A stretch of 64,000 nucleotides of DNA from Callorhinchus milii (lineage: Eukaryota). The notes below the pieces were generated by a model. It searched no databases, was not told where the DNA came from, and saw only the letters and a program-made list of their open reading frames with translations. The stretch covers positions 91,452,001 through 91,516,000 of the forward strand of contig NW_024704742.1 of assembly GCF_018977255.1 (NCBI RefSeq), given 5' to 3'. Shown here in pieces: positions 13,676 to 24,993 of this stretch. Every line of letters begins with the position of its first letter. Within the stretch, counting starts at the first letter, position 1. The position numbers were made by a program, and so were the translations under genes.

Positions 13676-16600
13676 ATAGAATCATAGAATTGTACAACAC
13701 AAAAAGAGGCCATTCAGCTCATTGAGTCTGTGCCGGCTGTTTGAAAAGAGCAATGTAATGTCAATCCCACTCCCCAGCCCTTTCCCCATAACCCTGCAAA
13801 CCTGTGCTCCTCAAATACCCATCCACTGCGTTTTTAAAAGTTGTTATCGAATCAGCCTCCACCACCCTTTCAGGCAATGCATTCCAGATTCGAACAACTC
13901 ACTGCGTGAAAACATTTCTTCTCGCCTCCCCTCTGCTTCTTTTAGAGACTATTTTAAATCTGTGACCTCGAGTCACTGACACGCCCACCAGTGGAAACAG
14001 TTTTTCCCTTTCTAACTTATCAAATCCCCTCATGATTTTGAAAACCTCTATTAGGTCTCCTCGTAACCTTCTCTGCTCCAATGAGAATAATCCCATCCTC
14101 TCTAACCTTTCCTCATAATCAAAGTCCCTCATTCCTGGTACCATCCTTGTAAATCTCCTCTGTACCCTTTCCAATGCCTTAACATAATTCCTATAGTGTG
14201 GTGCCCAGAACTGGGTGCAGTATTCTAACTGAGGCCTAACCAGTGTTTTATATACGTTAATCATAACCTCCTGACTCTTGTACTCTATGCCCCTATTTAT
14301 AAAGCCTAGTATCCCATATGCCCTTTCTACAGCTTTATTTACCTGTCCTGCCACCTTCAAGGATTCATTTACCTGAACCCCCAGGTCTCTCTGTTCTTTT
14401 AACCCCCTTAAGATTGTATTACCAGCCTGTATTGCCTCCCCTCATTCTTTCTACCAAAATGCATTACCTCACATTTCTCCACATTGAAATTCATCTGCCA
14501 TGTGTCTGCCCATTTTACCATTCTGTCTATGTCTTCCTGCAGTTGGCTACTATCCTTCTCAGTGTTTACCACCCTACCTAACTGTGTTGTCCACAAACTT
14601 GGAAATGGTACTTGCTATACCCAAGTCCCGATCATTTATGTATATAGGAAGAGCATTGGTCCTAATACCGATCCCTGGGGGACACCACTGTACACTTCCT
14701 TCCAGTCAGAAAAGCAACAACAACAAGATTCCATTTATAAAGCGCCTTTCACGTCAGGAGGACGTCCCAAGGCGCTGCACAGTTGGGTCATGACCCGAGC
14801 AGGGGGGAAATGGTCAGGGTGAGGGGAGGGAAGGGAGGGAGCGAGGAGGGGGGAAATGGTCAGGGTGAGGGGAGGGAAGGGAGGGAGTGAGGAGGGCGAA
14901 GAGAGTCGAGAGGGGAGCTGAAGGCTCGGTCAAAGAGAAAGGTTTTGAGACCGGCCTTGAAGGAGGAGAGGGAGGAGGCGGCGAAGGCACTGGGGGATGG
15001 AGTTCCAGAGCCTAGGGGCTGAGAGGCTGAAAGCCCGACCACCGATGGTAGGGCGATTGGGGCGGGGGACGTGGAGCAGACCGGAGCCAGAGGAACGGAG
15101 GGTACGGGCAGGTAGGTAGGGGGATAGTAGGTTGGAGAGGTAGGAGGGAGCAAGGCCGTGAATGGCCTTGTAGGTGAGGATGAGGATCTTGAAATCAATC
15201 CTCTGGGGGATGGGGAGCCAGTGGAGGCGAGCGAGGGTGGGAGTGATGTGGTCGCGAAGCCGGGTGCGGGACAGTACACGAGCTGCAGAGTTCTGAATGA
15301 CCTGCAGCTTGTGGAGGGAGGTGGCGGGAAGGCCGGCGAGGAGAGAGTTCCCATAGTCCAGCCTTGAGGTGACAAAGGCATGGACCAGTGTTTCAGCACC
15401 GTGAGGGGTGAGGTAGTGCCGTAGTCTGGCGATGTTCCGGAGGTGATGGAAGGCGGTGCCAGTTGTGGTGCGGATGTGAGGGAGAAAGGACAACTCAGGG
15501 TTGAACAAAACGCCGAGGTTCCTGACTGGCTTTGAGAGGTGGAGAGTGCAGCCTTGGATGCTGATGGTGTCGGCGCCTGAGGTGCGAAGGCGCTGACGTG
15601 AGCCAATCAGGAGGGCCTTGGTTTTTCGCACGTTGAGCTGAAGAAAGTTGTCTCTCGTCCAGGACTCGATGTTGGACAGGCAGGCTGTCAGGACATCGGT
15701 GGTCGTGGAGTTGAGAGTAGAGGAGGAAAGGTAGAGTTGGGTGTCATCCGCATACATGTGGAAGTTAACTCCATGTCTGCGGATGATGTCACCGAGGGGG
15801 AGCATATAGAGGATGAAGATGAGGGGACCGAGGACAGAGCCCTGAGGGACACCACATGAGACAGTACGGGGGGTGGAGGAGAAGCCATTCGTCGAGAGGA
15901 GAAGCCATTCGTCGAGAGCCATTCACCACAACTCTCTGCTTTCTGTCTCCCAGCCAGTTCTGGATCCATGCTACCACTGTTCCTTTTATACTATGGGCTT
16001 CTATCTTTCTTACAAGTCTTTCATGTAGCACTTTGTCAAATGCCTTTTGAAAGTCCATATAAACTACATCAACTGCACTACCTTTATCCACCCTCTCCGT
16101 TACCTCATTGAAAAATTCTATTAGATTTATCAGACAAGATTTGCCTTTAACAAATCTGTACTGGCTTTCCCTAATTAACCCATATTCTTCTAAGTGAAGA
16201 TTTATTCTGTCCTGGATTATAGTCTCCAGGAGTTTCCCCACTACTGATGTTAGGCTGACTGGCCTGTTGTTCCCAGGATTGTCCTTCTGTCCTTTTTTGT
16301 ACAGAGGAGTAACATTGGCCACTCTCCAGTCCTCTGGCACCACTCCTGTGTCCAACGAAGATTGAAAAATTGTAGCCAAAGCCTCCGCTATTTGTACCCG
16401 TGCCTCCCACAGTACCCTTGGCTGCATCCAGCCCAGACCGGGCGACTTATCTACCTTCAGCCCAATCAACTTTTTCAGTACTTCCTCTCTGTTTATACTT
16501 ATCCTATCCATTTCCTCTACCCTCTCTGCCGATACTGCGACATTTGGTGCATCCACTTCTTTTGTGAAGACAGATGCAAAGTACTCATTCAGTACATCAG

Positions 16601-17130
16601 CCATGCCCTCTGCCTCCACAATAAGATTTCTGCCTTGGTCCTTAATTGGCCCCACCCTACCTTTGACTAAATTTTTTTTCTTGATATGTTTGTAAAATAT
16701 TTTAGAATTCCCTTTAATGTTACCCTCTAACCTTTTTTCGTATAATCTTTTAGCCCCTCTTATTTCCTTTTTCAGTTCTCTTCTGCACTTCCTATATTCT
16801 ATTTGGTTGTCTTCTGTATCTTGGGTTTGACATTTGTCATACACCTCCTTTTTCTGCTTAATTCTAGATACAATTACTTTCGTCATCCAGGGAGGTTTGA
16901 ATGCCCTACTTTTCCCTTTTGTGGGAATGTATTTATTCTGCCCCCGAGCTATCTCATCCTTGAAGACCACTGCTCTTTAGTCGTTTACCTGCCAATCTTT
17001 CTTTCCAGTCCACCTTGGCTAGGTCCCTTTTTAACTCACTGAAATTTGCCCTCTTCCAGTTGAGTATCTTCACCTTAGATGGTTCCTTGTCCTTTTCCAT
17101 ATGAACTCTGAATTGGATTATTACCAAATT
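13676..17130 (-). mobile_element. CR1-clade LINE, 5' truncated ORF2 (reverse transcriptase), interrupted by an L2
   Basis: ORF pieces with KSPG..PRVL, NRPVSLTSVVGKLLE, VDVVYMDFQKAFDKV, WQMNFNVEKCEVMHFG, LVRPQLEYC and LRGDLIEVFKI; (TTCTATGA)-type tail near 13676. Confidence 0.93.
14716..15917 (-). mobile_element. L2-clade LINE, 5' truncated, nested in the CR1
   Basis: 330-aa ORF with [30 protein letters not shown] and [15 protein letters not shown]; 3' stem-loop and (TTG)n tail. Confidence 0.93.
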
Positions 17131-17335
17131 TTGTGGCCTCAACTGGTCCAGGGATTGATCGTTGTACAATTTTTTTTCAGTTCAGAGTAGGTAGAAGCAG
17201 CAGAGGAAGCGGTGGCAGCTTTATACGTTGGCTGTCACTTGTATAGCTTTCTGCTGGATTTGCAGGATTCATTTCTAACAATGTTGGTCAGGAAGATCAC
17301 TATATTAAATGCAAGGATTATTTTATTGGACCCAA

Positions 17336-17638
17336 TGCATTGTAGCTCAGTGATTAGAGCACTTGGCTCACAAGCGTGAGACCTGGGTTTGATTCCTGGC
17401 AGGGCGAAACCTTAGGCAAGTTTCCTTACTCCACACGCCTGATAATCCCTCAAGAAAAAAAGCAGTAATAATTTAGTCAATCAATCCACAACTGCTTGTG
17501 GGACACTGCTGTGTGCAATTGGCTGCCGCGTTTCGCCCACAAATATACAGTCAATTCACTTTATAGTATATTCTGTGAAATGCTTTGTGACGTCTGGAAG
17601 ACATGAAAAGCGCTATATCAAATACAAGTATTATTATT
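17336..17638 (+). mobile_element. tRNA-derived SINE
   Basis: tgtagctcagtgattagagc head and family body. Confidence 0.88.
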
Positions 17639-17844
17639 TTGTGATGCTTGGTTTGAAGTGGGGCAATGAATAAAAAAAAAGCACACCAGTGTTTCATATG
17701 GTCTTCTCTACCATGTTTGCTTTGAGCAATTGGCTGCCACATTTCACTCACAAAATAGTCAATTCACTTTACCGGTACTAATTATTCTGTGAATCCTTTG
17801 AGACGTCTCAATGTGATTATCAAATATTATTATTATTTATTTAG

Positions 17845-17952
17845 AATGTCACAGCGGCCAAAACAAAACCAGATGTGCAAGAATCCGCAAAGGCAAAAAA
17901 TGCTGTGCCAGGACAAAAGAAGAGGATTGCACACATCTCAAAATTTGCTAAA
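17845..17952 (+). CDS. REXO1-like exon 3
   Basis: NVTAAK...VPGQKKRIAHISKFAK; tttag| and |gtaggt; phase 0/0. Confidence 0.85.
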
Positions 17953-18095
17953 GTAGGTTTTATGTTCTCAGACAATAATTTTGATCAGGCTCATTCACAC
18001 AGCTAACTGTGCATCTATAGTAGTTTATAATTAGAACTTATGGGGTAACTGTTGGCCTTATTAAAGGGTATATTTTTGGTTTCATCTACAATCAG

Positions 18096-18324
18096 GAAAA
18101 ATCTGTCTGCAGACGAGTAATTGTTCCGTGCTCCCTCCCGATGCCCAAGCTACAGCGCCGGAATCGAATCGTGCAAGTGCAGCAGCAGGCTATACAGCTG
18201 ACAGCCAATGTGAAAGGTGCTCAGGCCTATAAAGCTGCCACCACTTCCTCTGCTGCTCCTACCTGTTCAAAGAAAATACTTGTGCAAGGAGCAATCCCTC
18301 CACCAGTTGGTGCCATAAAATCAG
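18096..18324 (+). CDS. REXO1-like exon 4
   Basis: EKSVCRRVIVP...RIVQVQQQAIQLTANVKGAQAY; atcag| and G|gtaata; phase 0/1. Confidence 0.75.
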
Positions 18325-18358
18325 GTAATAAATGCTCTGCTCTCCTAATGCCACAGGC

Positions 18359-18515
18359 AACAACAACAAGATTACATTTGTATAGCGCCTTTCTTGTCGG
18401 GAGGACGTCCCAAGGCGCTGGACAGTGTACAGCATTTCAGACCCGAGCTGGGGTCAGGGGGAGAAGGGAGGGGAGGGGTGTGACCAATGGCATGGTTGAA
18501 GGGGATGGGGTCGGG
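18359..18515 (-). mobile_element. L2 3' end fragment
   Basis: Matches the L2 tails at 14716 and 56836. Confidence 0.85.
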
Positions 18516-20342
18516 AACATCTTGGGGAAGCAACTCGGGTCAATTGTGGCAGCCAATGTGCACATGCTGAGACTCGGAGCAGACAGGAGTGTACAGCGAG
18601 CCATGGTTAGCCCGCTGGGCTGGTGAGGCTCAGTGAGGTGATGGGGGCAGTGATGGGGCCGGTGATGTCTTCCCTGTGAGTCCTGGCCTCGAGATTCAAA
18701 TGAGGCGGGCGGGATAACATCATGCGGCAGCCAGTTGTTGATTGGCTGAGCCCTCAGAGTCCCGGATGGCGGTGCGGGCGCTAGTGCTGAGACCCTTGCG
18801 AGTCCCACCGCACCACCCCGGGTGGCCTTGGGCATCGAACTCCTCACCGGGGAAGTCCTCAGACCTTGCGTCAGCCTCACCATGGGTCACGCTCGCCGCT
18901 GAGCTGCCCCAGGCAACGGCTCTGACCGTGTCACAGGTCCCGCTGGACATTGAGCCACGGGTCCAGAGCGAGGCGCCAGTCCCAGCCTCGCTCCGGGCGC
19001 CTTGGGCCTTGATCCCAGGTAGGTTGCCTCCAACTCCACTCCACGCTCCCCGTCCACGGGAGACCTCGACTTTGAGCCCCAGAGCTCCTGATGCCCCAGC
19101 TCGAATCTGGACAACCCACAGCCAGCCCCGTGCGCCTCGAGGTCCGCGAGCGCCGCGCAGCACAACATTCAGCTCTAGATTGGAAATGTTTTTGGTCCCC
19201 GGGTGTCTGACACATTGTGAACTATCTCCATGTTTGAGAGCATCCAAACCAGACACAGTTCCACACTATTGTCACGTGTGGGAAGTTTCCCAGTCTGAAA
19301 TGGATTGTGCATTCTCTCCCTGGAGCCACACACCCTGCTTATCTATTTCAGAGTATTACAACAACTTGCACTTATATAGCACCCTCCACACAGACTGCTT
19401 AACAGTGGTGGAGCCTGACACCGAGCCAGGGGTGGGGGGAGAGGTGACTGTAAGCATGGTCGAAAAGGAAGATTTTCAGACTGTACTTGGAAAAAGGGGA
19501 GAAAGGGGGCAAGACGGAGGGATTGAGGGAGAGTGTTCCACGGTTTCTGGACGTAGTGGCTGAAAGCGCGACCTCCAATGGTGGAGCAGGAGCATGAGGG
19601 ACGAGCAGGAGGCTGGTGCCAGTCGAGTGGAGGTGCCGGGGAGGTAGGGTAGTGCCAGGGAGTGAACGGATATTAGGTATAGATTGGCAAGAGGCAAGGC
19701 TTGTAGATCCCAGAGTGAGTTGTGGAATGGCTGAAACCAGCTAAAATCCCCTGGGCTGCCATTGAGAACACTGGGTGACAAGCTTCCCACTGCATGACCA
19801 GCTAGGACCAGCCTATCTGTTAAAGTGTTTAAGGTTTGCGCTTGGAGGATTAACAGGTGCCAAGTGGGAAGAATCCCGACTCTTAGTGATTGGTTAGTTG
19901 CCCCAGGGCCTGCTGATCTAGGCTGGCTGGTCTTTCATTAGCAGTGCCCAGAGACAACCACAGAGATTGACTTGATTTCCAACATTCAATCAACCTCAGG
20001 CAAAAAAAATAATAATAATAATTTGGTGACTCAATCCATGACTTGTTTGTGGGATACTGCTGTGCGCAATTGGCTGCTGCGTTTTGCCCATAATATACAG
20101 TCAATTCACTTTACAGTATATATTCTGTGAAGCATTGAGATGTCTCGAAGGTGTGATCAAGCCCTATATCTAATGCTATTATTATATTAACCTTGTAGCT
20201 CAGCTCCAAGGAGAGCCTGCTTACCTGCTCTCCTTTACTTTCTCTTTGGCCCCCGAGGGATGGGTGTGTGTTTGGGGGGAATTGATTGGATGCTGCTGAA
20301 TTTATTATAATACAGTAAGACACTAACTGGTAGTGTTTCTAG

Positions 20343-20491
20343 TTTCTTCAAATAACTCAGGAAGAAGGTCTGCTACACTTAGTAGCTCCAGCCATAATGC
20401 CCACTTAAAAGAGCGGACAGTTTCTCAGATTGCGGCAAAGGTTGCATGTACTTTATCCAAGAGGAAGGACTATTGCACCTCTGTTCTACAG
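20343..20491 (+). CDS. REXO1-like exon 5 (alternative acceptor possible at 20334)
   Basis: Branch-point-like cactaac at 20321, acceptor ttctag|, donor CAG|gtgagg. Phase 1/0 fits both neighbours. Sequence conservation is weak. Confidence 0.6.
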
Positions 20492-20588
20492 GTGAGGCTT
20501 TTGTCATTTACCTTTTAAAGTAAGATTTTTTGAGAAAAAATTGAACCATCATGAAACTGATGTCTGCTTCTTTTGATTGTCTTTTCAG

Positions 20589-20726
20589 GGAACTAATGTG
20601 AAGAGAGCAGCTCCTTCTGCAGAAAGAGGTTCTAACATTTCCAAAAGGGTCAGGCATCGATACCTTAATTTTTTCATTGAAGAATTCTTAAAGATCTGCT
20701 CGACTGAGCAAGAGGCCTTCAATAAG
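20589..20726 (+). CDS. REXO1-like exon 6
   Basis: ...VRHRYLNFFIEEFLKICSTEQEAFNK; ttttcag| and AAG|gtaact. Confidence 0.9.
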
Positions 20727-21059
20727 GTAACTTTATTTTGAAGTAATTCGAGACATTATCGACGGTATTGTGCATAACTTGCTGTTGCTGAGTAAACCCA
20801 AGTTGAAATCATTTTGCTCAACTTTTTGGGAGAGGAATTTTGCATGAATGTTTGATACTTTGTATAGTAAGTACTCTTTAAGAATCTGGTAAGTATGCAC
20901 ACCTTTGAATTCCATTGTGTAGTTAGTTATTTCAATCTGTACTTTCCTTATAACAAACTACATTTATATAGCGCCTTTCACATCAGAAGCACATCCCAAG
21001 GCCTTTTTTTCTTTTTGGTCATCCGGGTGTCTGACACATGCAGAAACCAATCGCTGTGT

Positions 21060-21620
21060 TTAAGAGTATCCAAAACAAACTGAGGTTTCCATACATCCCA
21101 TCTACACATGGAAATCCCAGAGATAGATTGTTGTAATGGAATGCACACTCGCTCCTTTGAGGGACACATCCTGCTTACCTAATTCCGGAAAGTATTAGGT
21201 GCAGGTTGGCAAGACTTGGGGACCCCAGAGTATACGTTGGGGTATAACTGGAGTCTAACCAGCAAATACCCCTTAGCTCGACAAACTTTCTTGCTGCTAG
21301 TCCAGCTAGGACCACCTTACCCATTAGGGCTGTGGCTTGCAGGGTTAACATGAGCTGAGTAGGATAAATCCCTGCCCCCAGTGACTGGTCTCCCCTTCCA
21401 GGTCCTGCCAATGAGCCAGGCTGGCTGTGCTGTCATCAGCAGTGCCCTGGAATACCGTGGACCTGCCTGGCTCAGGAACCGGACTACCGAGACCACTGCA
21501 GAGGGCTGGCTCGATTCCAACATTCCATTGCCAGGCATGTCACCTTGGAGCCAGTTGAACTCCAAGGAGACCCCGCTTTCCTCCCCTCCAAGGAGGATAG
21601 TCACTAATCCAAAGTGCTAG
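21060..21620. repeat. Unclassified interspersed repeat (related pieces at about 19700-19990 and, inverted, about 40960-41305)
   Basis: cctgccaatgagccaggctggctg...gtgccctggaataccgtggacctgcc aligns by eye to the reverse complement of 41100-41220 and to 19905-19990. Confidence 0.65.
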
Positions 21621-22368
21621 ACAGTCGAGGATTTGCACCCAAGCGGAGGGTTGGGATCAGAAGGGATGGGGGGGAAGGGTATGTGGAATGGAGTTCCAAA
21701 GGGTGGGGGCAGAGAGGCTGAAGGCCCGACCACCGATGTACAATTTAATCATAGCCGTCCTTTCCTATCTATATATTAACTGTAAATGTACAAGAGAATT
21801 TGGTTGATCTGCTTATCAGTGGGAGTGAGATGATCAGTCCTCTGCACATGGTGATGATTACTCAGTTGCTGGGAGATTGGAAATGGCTAAAAGCAATGAA
21901 CTCAAGCATTCGTAATCTGAAATAGGAAAATAGAATAAGAAGTGTCCCTTCAGCCCATTGGGACCATTTCGCAATCTTAAAATCGCGTCAGATCTTTTAA
22001 TTCCAATATCTTTCACCTTCCCCCTTCTTACCTCTACTTCTCATCGGATGTCAGATCAACTCAATATCTGTCTCAAAGCCTAAATCTTTGAGCACGCTTT
22101 AGGTCATTCCTCCTCACCTCCCCCCTTGACTTCCAACCCTAGCTCTGGTGTCCAGCCAGTACTGTAAGTGCTTTCAGAGTGGCCTTTCACCATCTCTGCT
22201 GTATGTCTGCATACCAGTCAGCTTGACCAGGCACTTGTATCACTCTGGGTATTTTGCGATGCACCAAAATGACTGCAACGATGTGGGTTATGGAAAAACA
22301 AAATATAACTCTTTCAGTATTCCTTTATTATGTTCCTCTTTTCCTCATCTTCCGCAAATGTGTTCAAG

Positions 22369-22492
22369 GCAATCTCTGAAGAAATGATGATCTATGAACA
22401 TAATCCAGCCAGGTCTGTATATCTGAACGTAGCTGTAAGTGCTTTGAAGAAACTCCGCAATCTGGGAAATCTTGGTTCAACTGTTTCAAATG
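22369..22492 (+). CDS. REXO1-like exon 7
   Basis: AISEEMMIYEHNPARSVYLNVAVSALKKLR; donor G|gtatgt. Confidence 0.9.
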
Positions 22493-22596
22493 GTATGTCT
22501 TCAGACTAAGAGAGAATGTCTGTAATAGAAAGTGAGATGGGTCAGTACACGAAGGAAAGGATGGTTATGATTAATTGCTTTTGCTTTTTATTCTAG

Positions 22597-22641
22597 TTAA
22601 CTCTTCGGTCAAAGGCTTCCCTCCTGAAGTGGTTCTGGAAG
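22597..22641 (+). CDS. REXO1-like exon 8 (3' boundary uncertain)
   Basis: ttctag| then NSSVKGFPPEVVLE; phase-1 donor G|gtcagt matches the next exon. Confidence 0.55.
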
Positions 22642-23202
22642 GTCAGTTTCACAATGAGGGCCCATTTTCAATAGATGTGATATTAGCAGACATTTTCTCT
22701 GTTTGCTTCCCTGTAAGTGAATATTAGGAAGTTTCACAGGAAAAGTCACACCCCTTGTATTTTCCTAGTAGTGACCTATCTTTTTTTAATGTGCAGTTGA
22801 TTCCATATCAATAGCCTGCAGTGTGTTTCACATTCTCTATATGAAGAAATCTCATCTGGTCTGATGTTTCAAATGATTTAACTCGCATTTTAAGACTATA
22901 CCCCCTTGTTTTGTATCCTTATACTAGAATGGGTCTTCTCTTTGTTATTTTGAATACTGTGACTAAATCATCCTTTATGCATTAAAATCCAAGTTACTCA
23001 ATCTTTTTGTAGCTAAACCCTTTAATTCCAGATATAATCTAGTGAAATTAAGGGTAAGAAAATAAGAGGGACTGATTTACAATTTAAGGTGGAACAAGAG
23101 GCTTGTTTCCATCCTGAACCACAGAAGATTCTTCTTTTGAACTAATTACACTGGATATTCACTTTGTCTTTAACTGTACAGTACATGTGTTGTGTAAGAC
23201 AG

Positions 23203-23337
23203 ATACTGCACTGTATTGGCTGCTCAAGGAATATGTCTTAACTGAAGAACAGTTAAAGGAGAATGGATATCCTCGAGAAAATTTTGATAAGCCAGGAGTT
23301 GCACTATTGTTTGGATGTGATAAGTACTATGGTGACC
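23203..23337 (+). CDS. REXO1-like exon 9 (alternative in-frame acceptor at 23182)
   Basis: TALYWLLKEYVLTEEQLKENGYPR; donor C|gtgagt. Confidence 0.85.
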
Positions 23338-24394
23338 GTGAGTATAGTGTGAAATCTTTCCACCGCATCACATCTGACTACAAATGCATTGTAAATGTTC
23401 ACTGAAACTTAGATTTATATTGCACAATGTTTCATCAAAACGTCTGTGCTTCACAAGTAGTTGCATTATTTTTGTAAGTGATAGCAAGGTCCTACAAACA
23501 TTCATGAGGTGACTGGTCAATTAATCTGGAGGATTGATGGTCAGGATACTGGGAGAAACTCCTTTCTCTTTTACAAAAGTGTCATAGGATTTATTAATAT
23601 CTTCCTGAAGATGGTGAGACAGGATTTCAATTTATAATCATTCACTCTGAGGACTGCATTTCTGACAAAGCATCACTCCCCAAGTACTGCACTGATGTAT
23701 CGTCCCAGATTAGGGGCCTATCAATTCAAATAGCAACGTGGGACTTAGTGTGGAAAAACACATTCAGCTATTGCTTTCTACAATCATTAGATTTAAAAAC
23801 CTTTTGTTTTCACTCTTGGTATTTTACACGTTTGTCAGCTGCTGTCTATCCTTTAAGATGTTTTAAGTTGAAACTAACTATCCCAAAGTAGGTATTTGAT
23901 TATTTACAATATATTGTGCATTGGGATACTAGTCTACAGTAATATTCCATTGTATCTCCCTTTAAAATGATATTTGTACACTACAACCAAATGTATCCAG
24001 CAGGTGTTGGTGTAGATACAGAATTGCAATAACTAAAGTAAGCTCAGCTCTCCCAGGCAAACCTTAGCTAATTTTGTTTATTGCCATTCACTCTTATGTA
24101 GAAATTACACTTCCAACTATAGAATATTCCCAGCTACATATTTAATGCACCCAGAGAGAGTGCATGTCATAGTGATCTGCATTTCAGTATTTACAGAAAT
24201 ATTTGAATGTACAAAAGGTTTTACAAGCACTCTTGTGAGATTTTTTTTTATTTGTAAGGATTTTTATTCAGTGTTATGTACTGGAAATTACCTTTTTCAG
24301 GTAATCTGACTGCAGCTCACTTCTCAAACTATTTTACCAACAAATAGTCACTTTGGAAAATAAAAACCTAAATAGGGTAGAGGAGCAAAGGGGG

Positions 24395-24670
24395 CCATCA
24401 ATATAAAATAGTCACAAATAGATCAAATAGGGAAGTTAGAAGAAGTTTCTTCACACAGAGTAGTGGGAATGTGGAACATACAACCACATGGAGTTGTTGA
24501 GGCAAATAGCATAGATGTAGTTAAGGGAAAGCTACATAGGTATATGAGGGAGAAAGGAATAGAAGGTTAGGCTTGAAGGCTTAGTTGAAGAAGGGCAGGA
24601 GGAGGCTCATGTGGAGCATAAACACCAGCATAGACAACGGGGCCGAATGGCCTGTTCTGTGCATTCTAAT
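24395..24670 (+). mobile_element. CR1 3' end fragment
   Basis: agaagaagtttcttcacacagag...gtgggaatgtggaac...gggccgaatggcctgttctgtg. Confidence 0.7.
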
Positions 24671-24727
24671 GTACATTACAGTAAATTCTGTAAACCTCTT
24701 TGAAACACTCACCCTTTGTGGGAGGTG

Positions 24728-24993
24728 CTAGACCTGGGTTCGATTCCCGGCAGGGCAAAACCTTGGGCAAGTTTCCTCACTCTACACGCCTGATAATAAT
24801 CCCTCAAGAAAAAAAACAATAATAAAATTGATCACTTCAATGCCCGACTGTTTGTGGGACACTGCTGTGCACAATTGGCTGCCACGTTTCGCCCACAAAT
24901 ATACCTTCAATTCACTTTACAGTCTATTCTGTGAAGCGCTTTGGGACGTCCAGAAGACGTGAAAAGCGCTATATCAAATGCAAGTATTATTAT
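24728..24993 (+). mobile_element. SINE, 5' truncated
   Basis: B-box GGTTCGATTCC, body and tail. Confidence 0.88.

Noticed and set aside
14860..15606. 248-aa Ser/Pro-rich ORF
   Set aside because: Alternative frame of the L2 ORF2.
18742..19563. 273-aa plus-strand ORF as a gene or exon
   Set aside because: No ATG at the called start, Pro/Arg/Ala-rich composition typical of GC-rich non-coding DNA, no family match, and it runs into a repeat.
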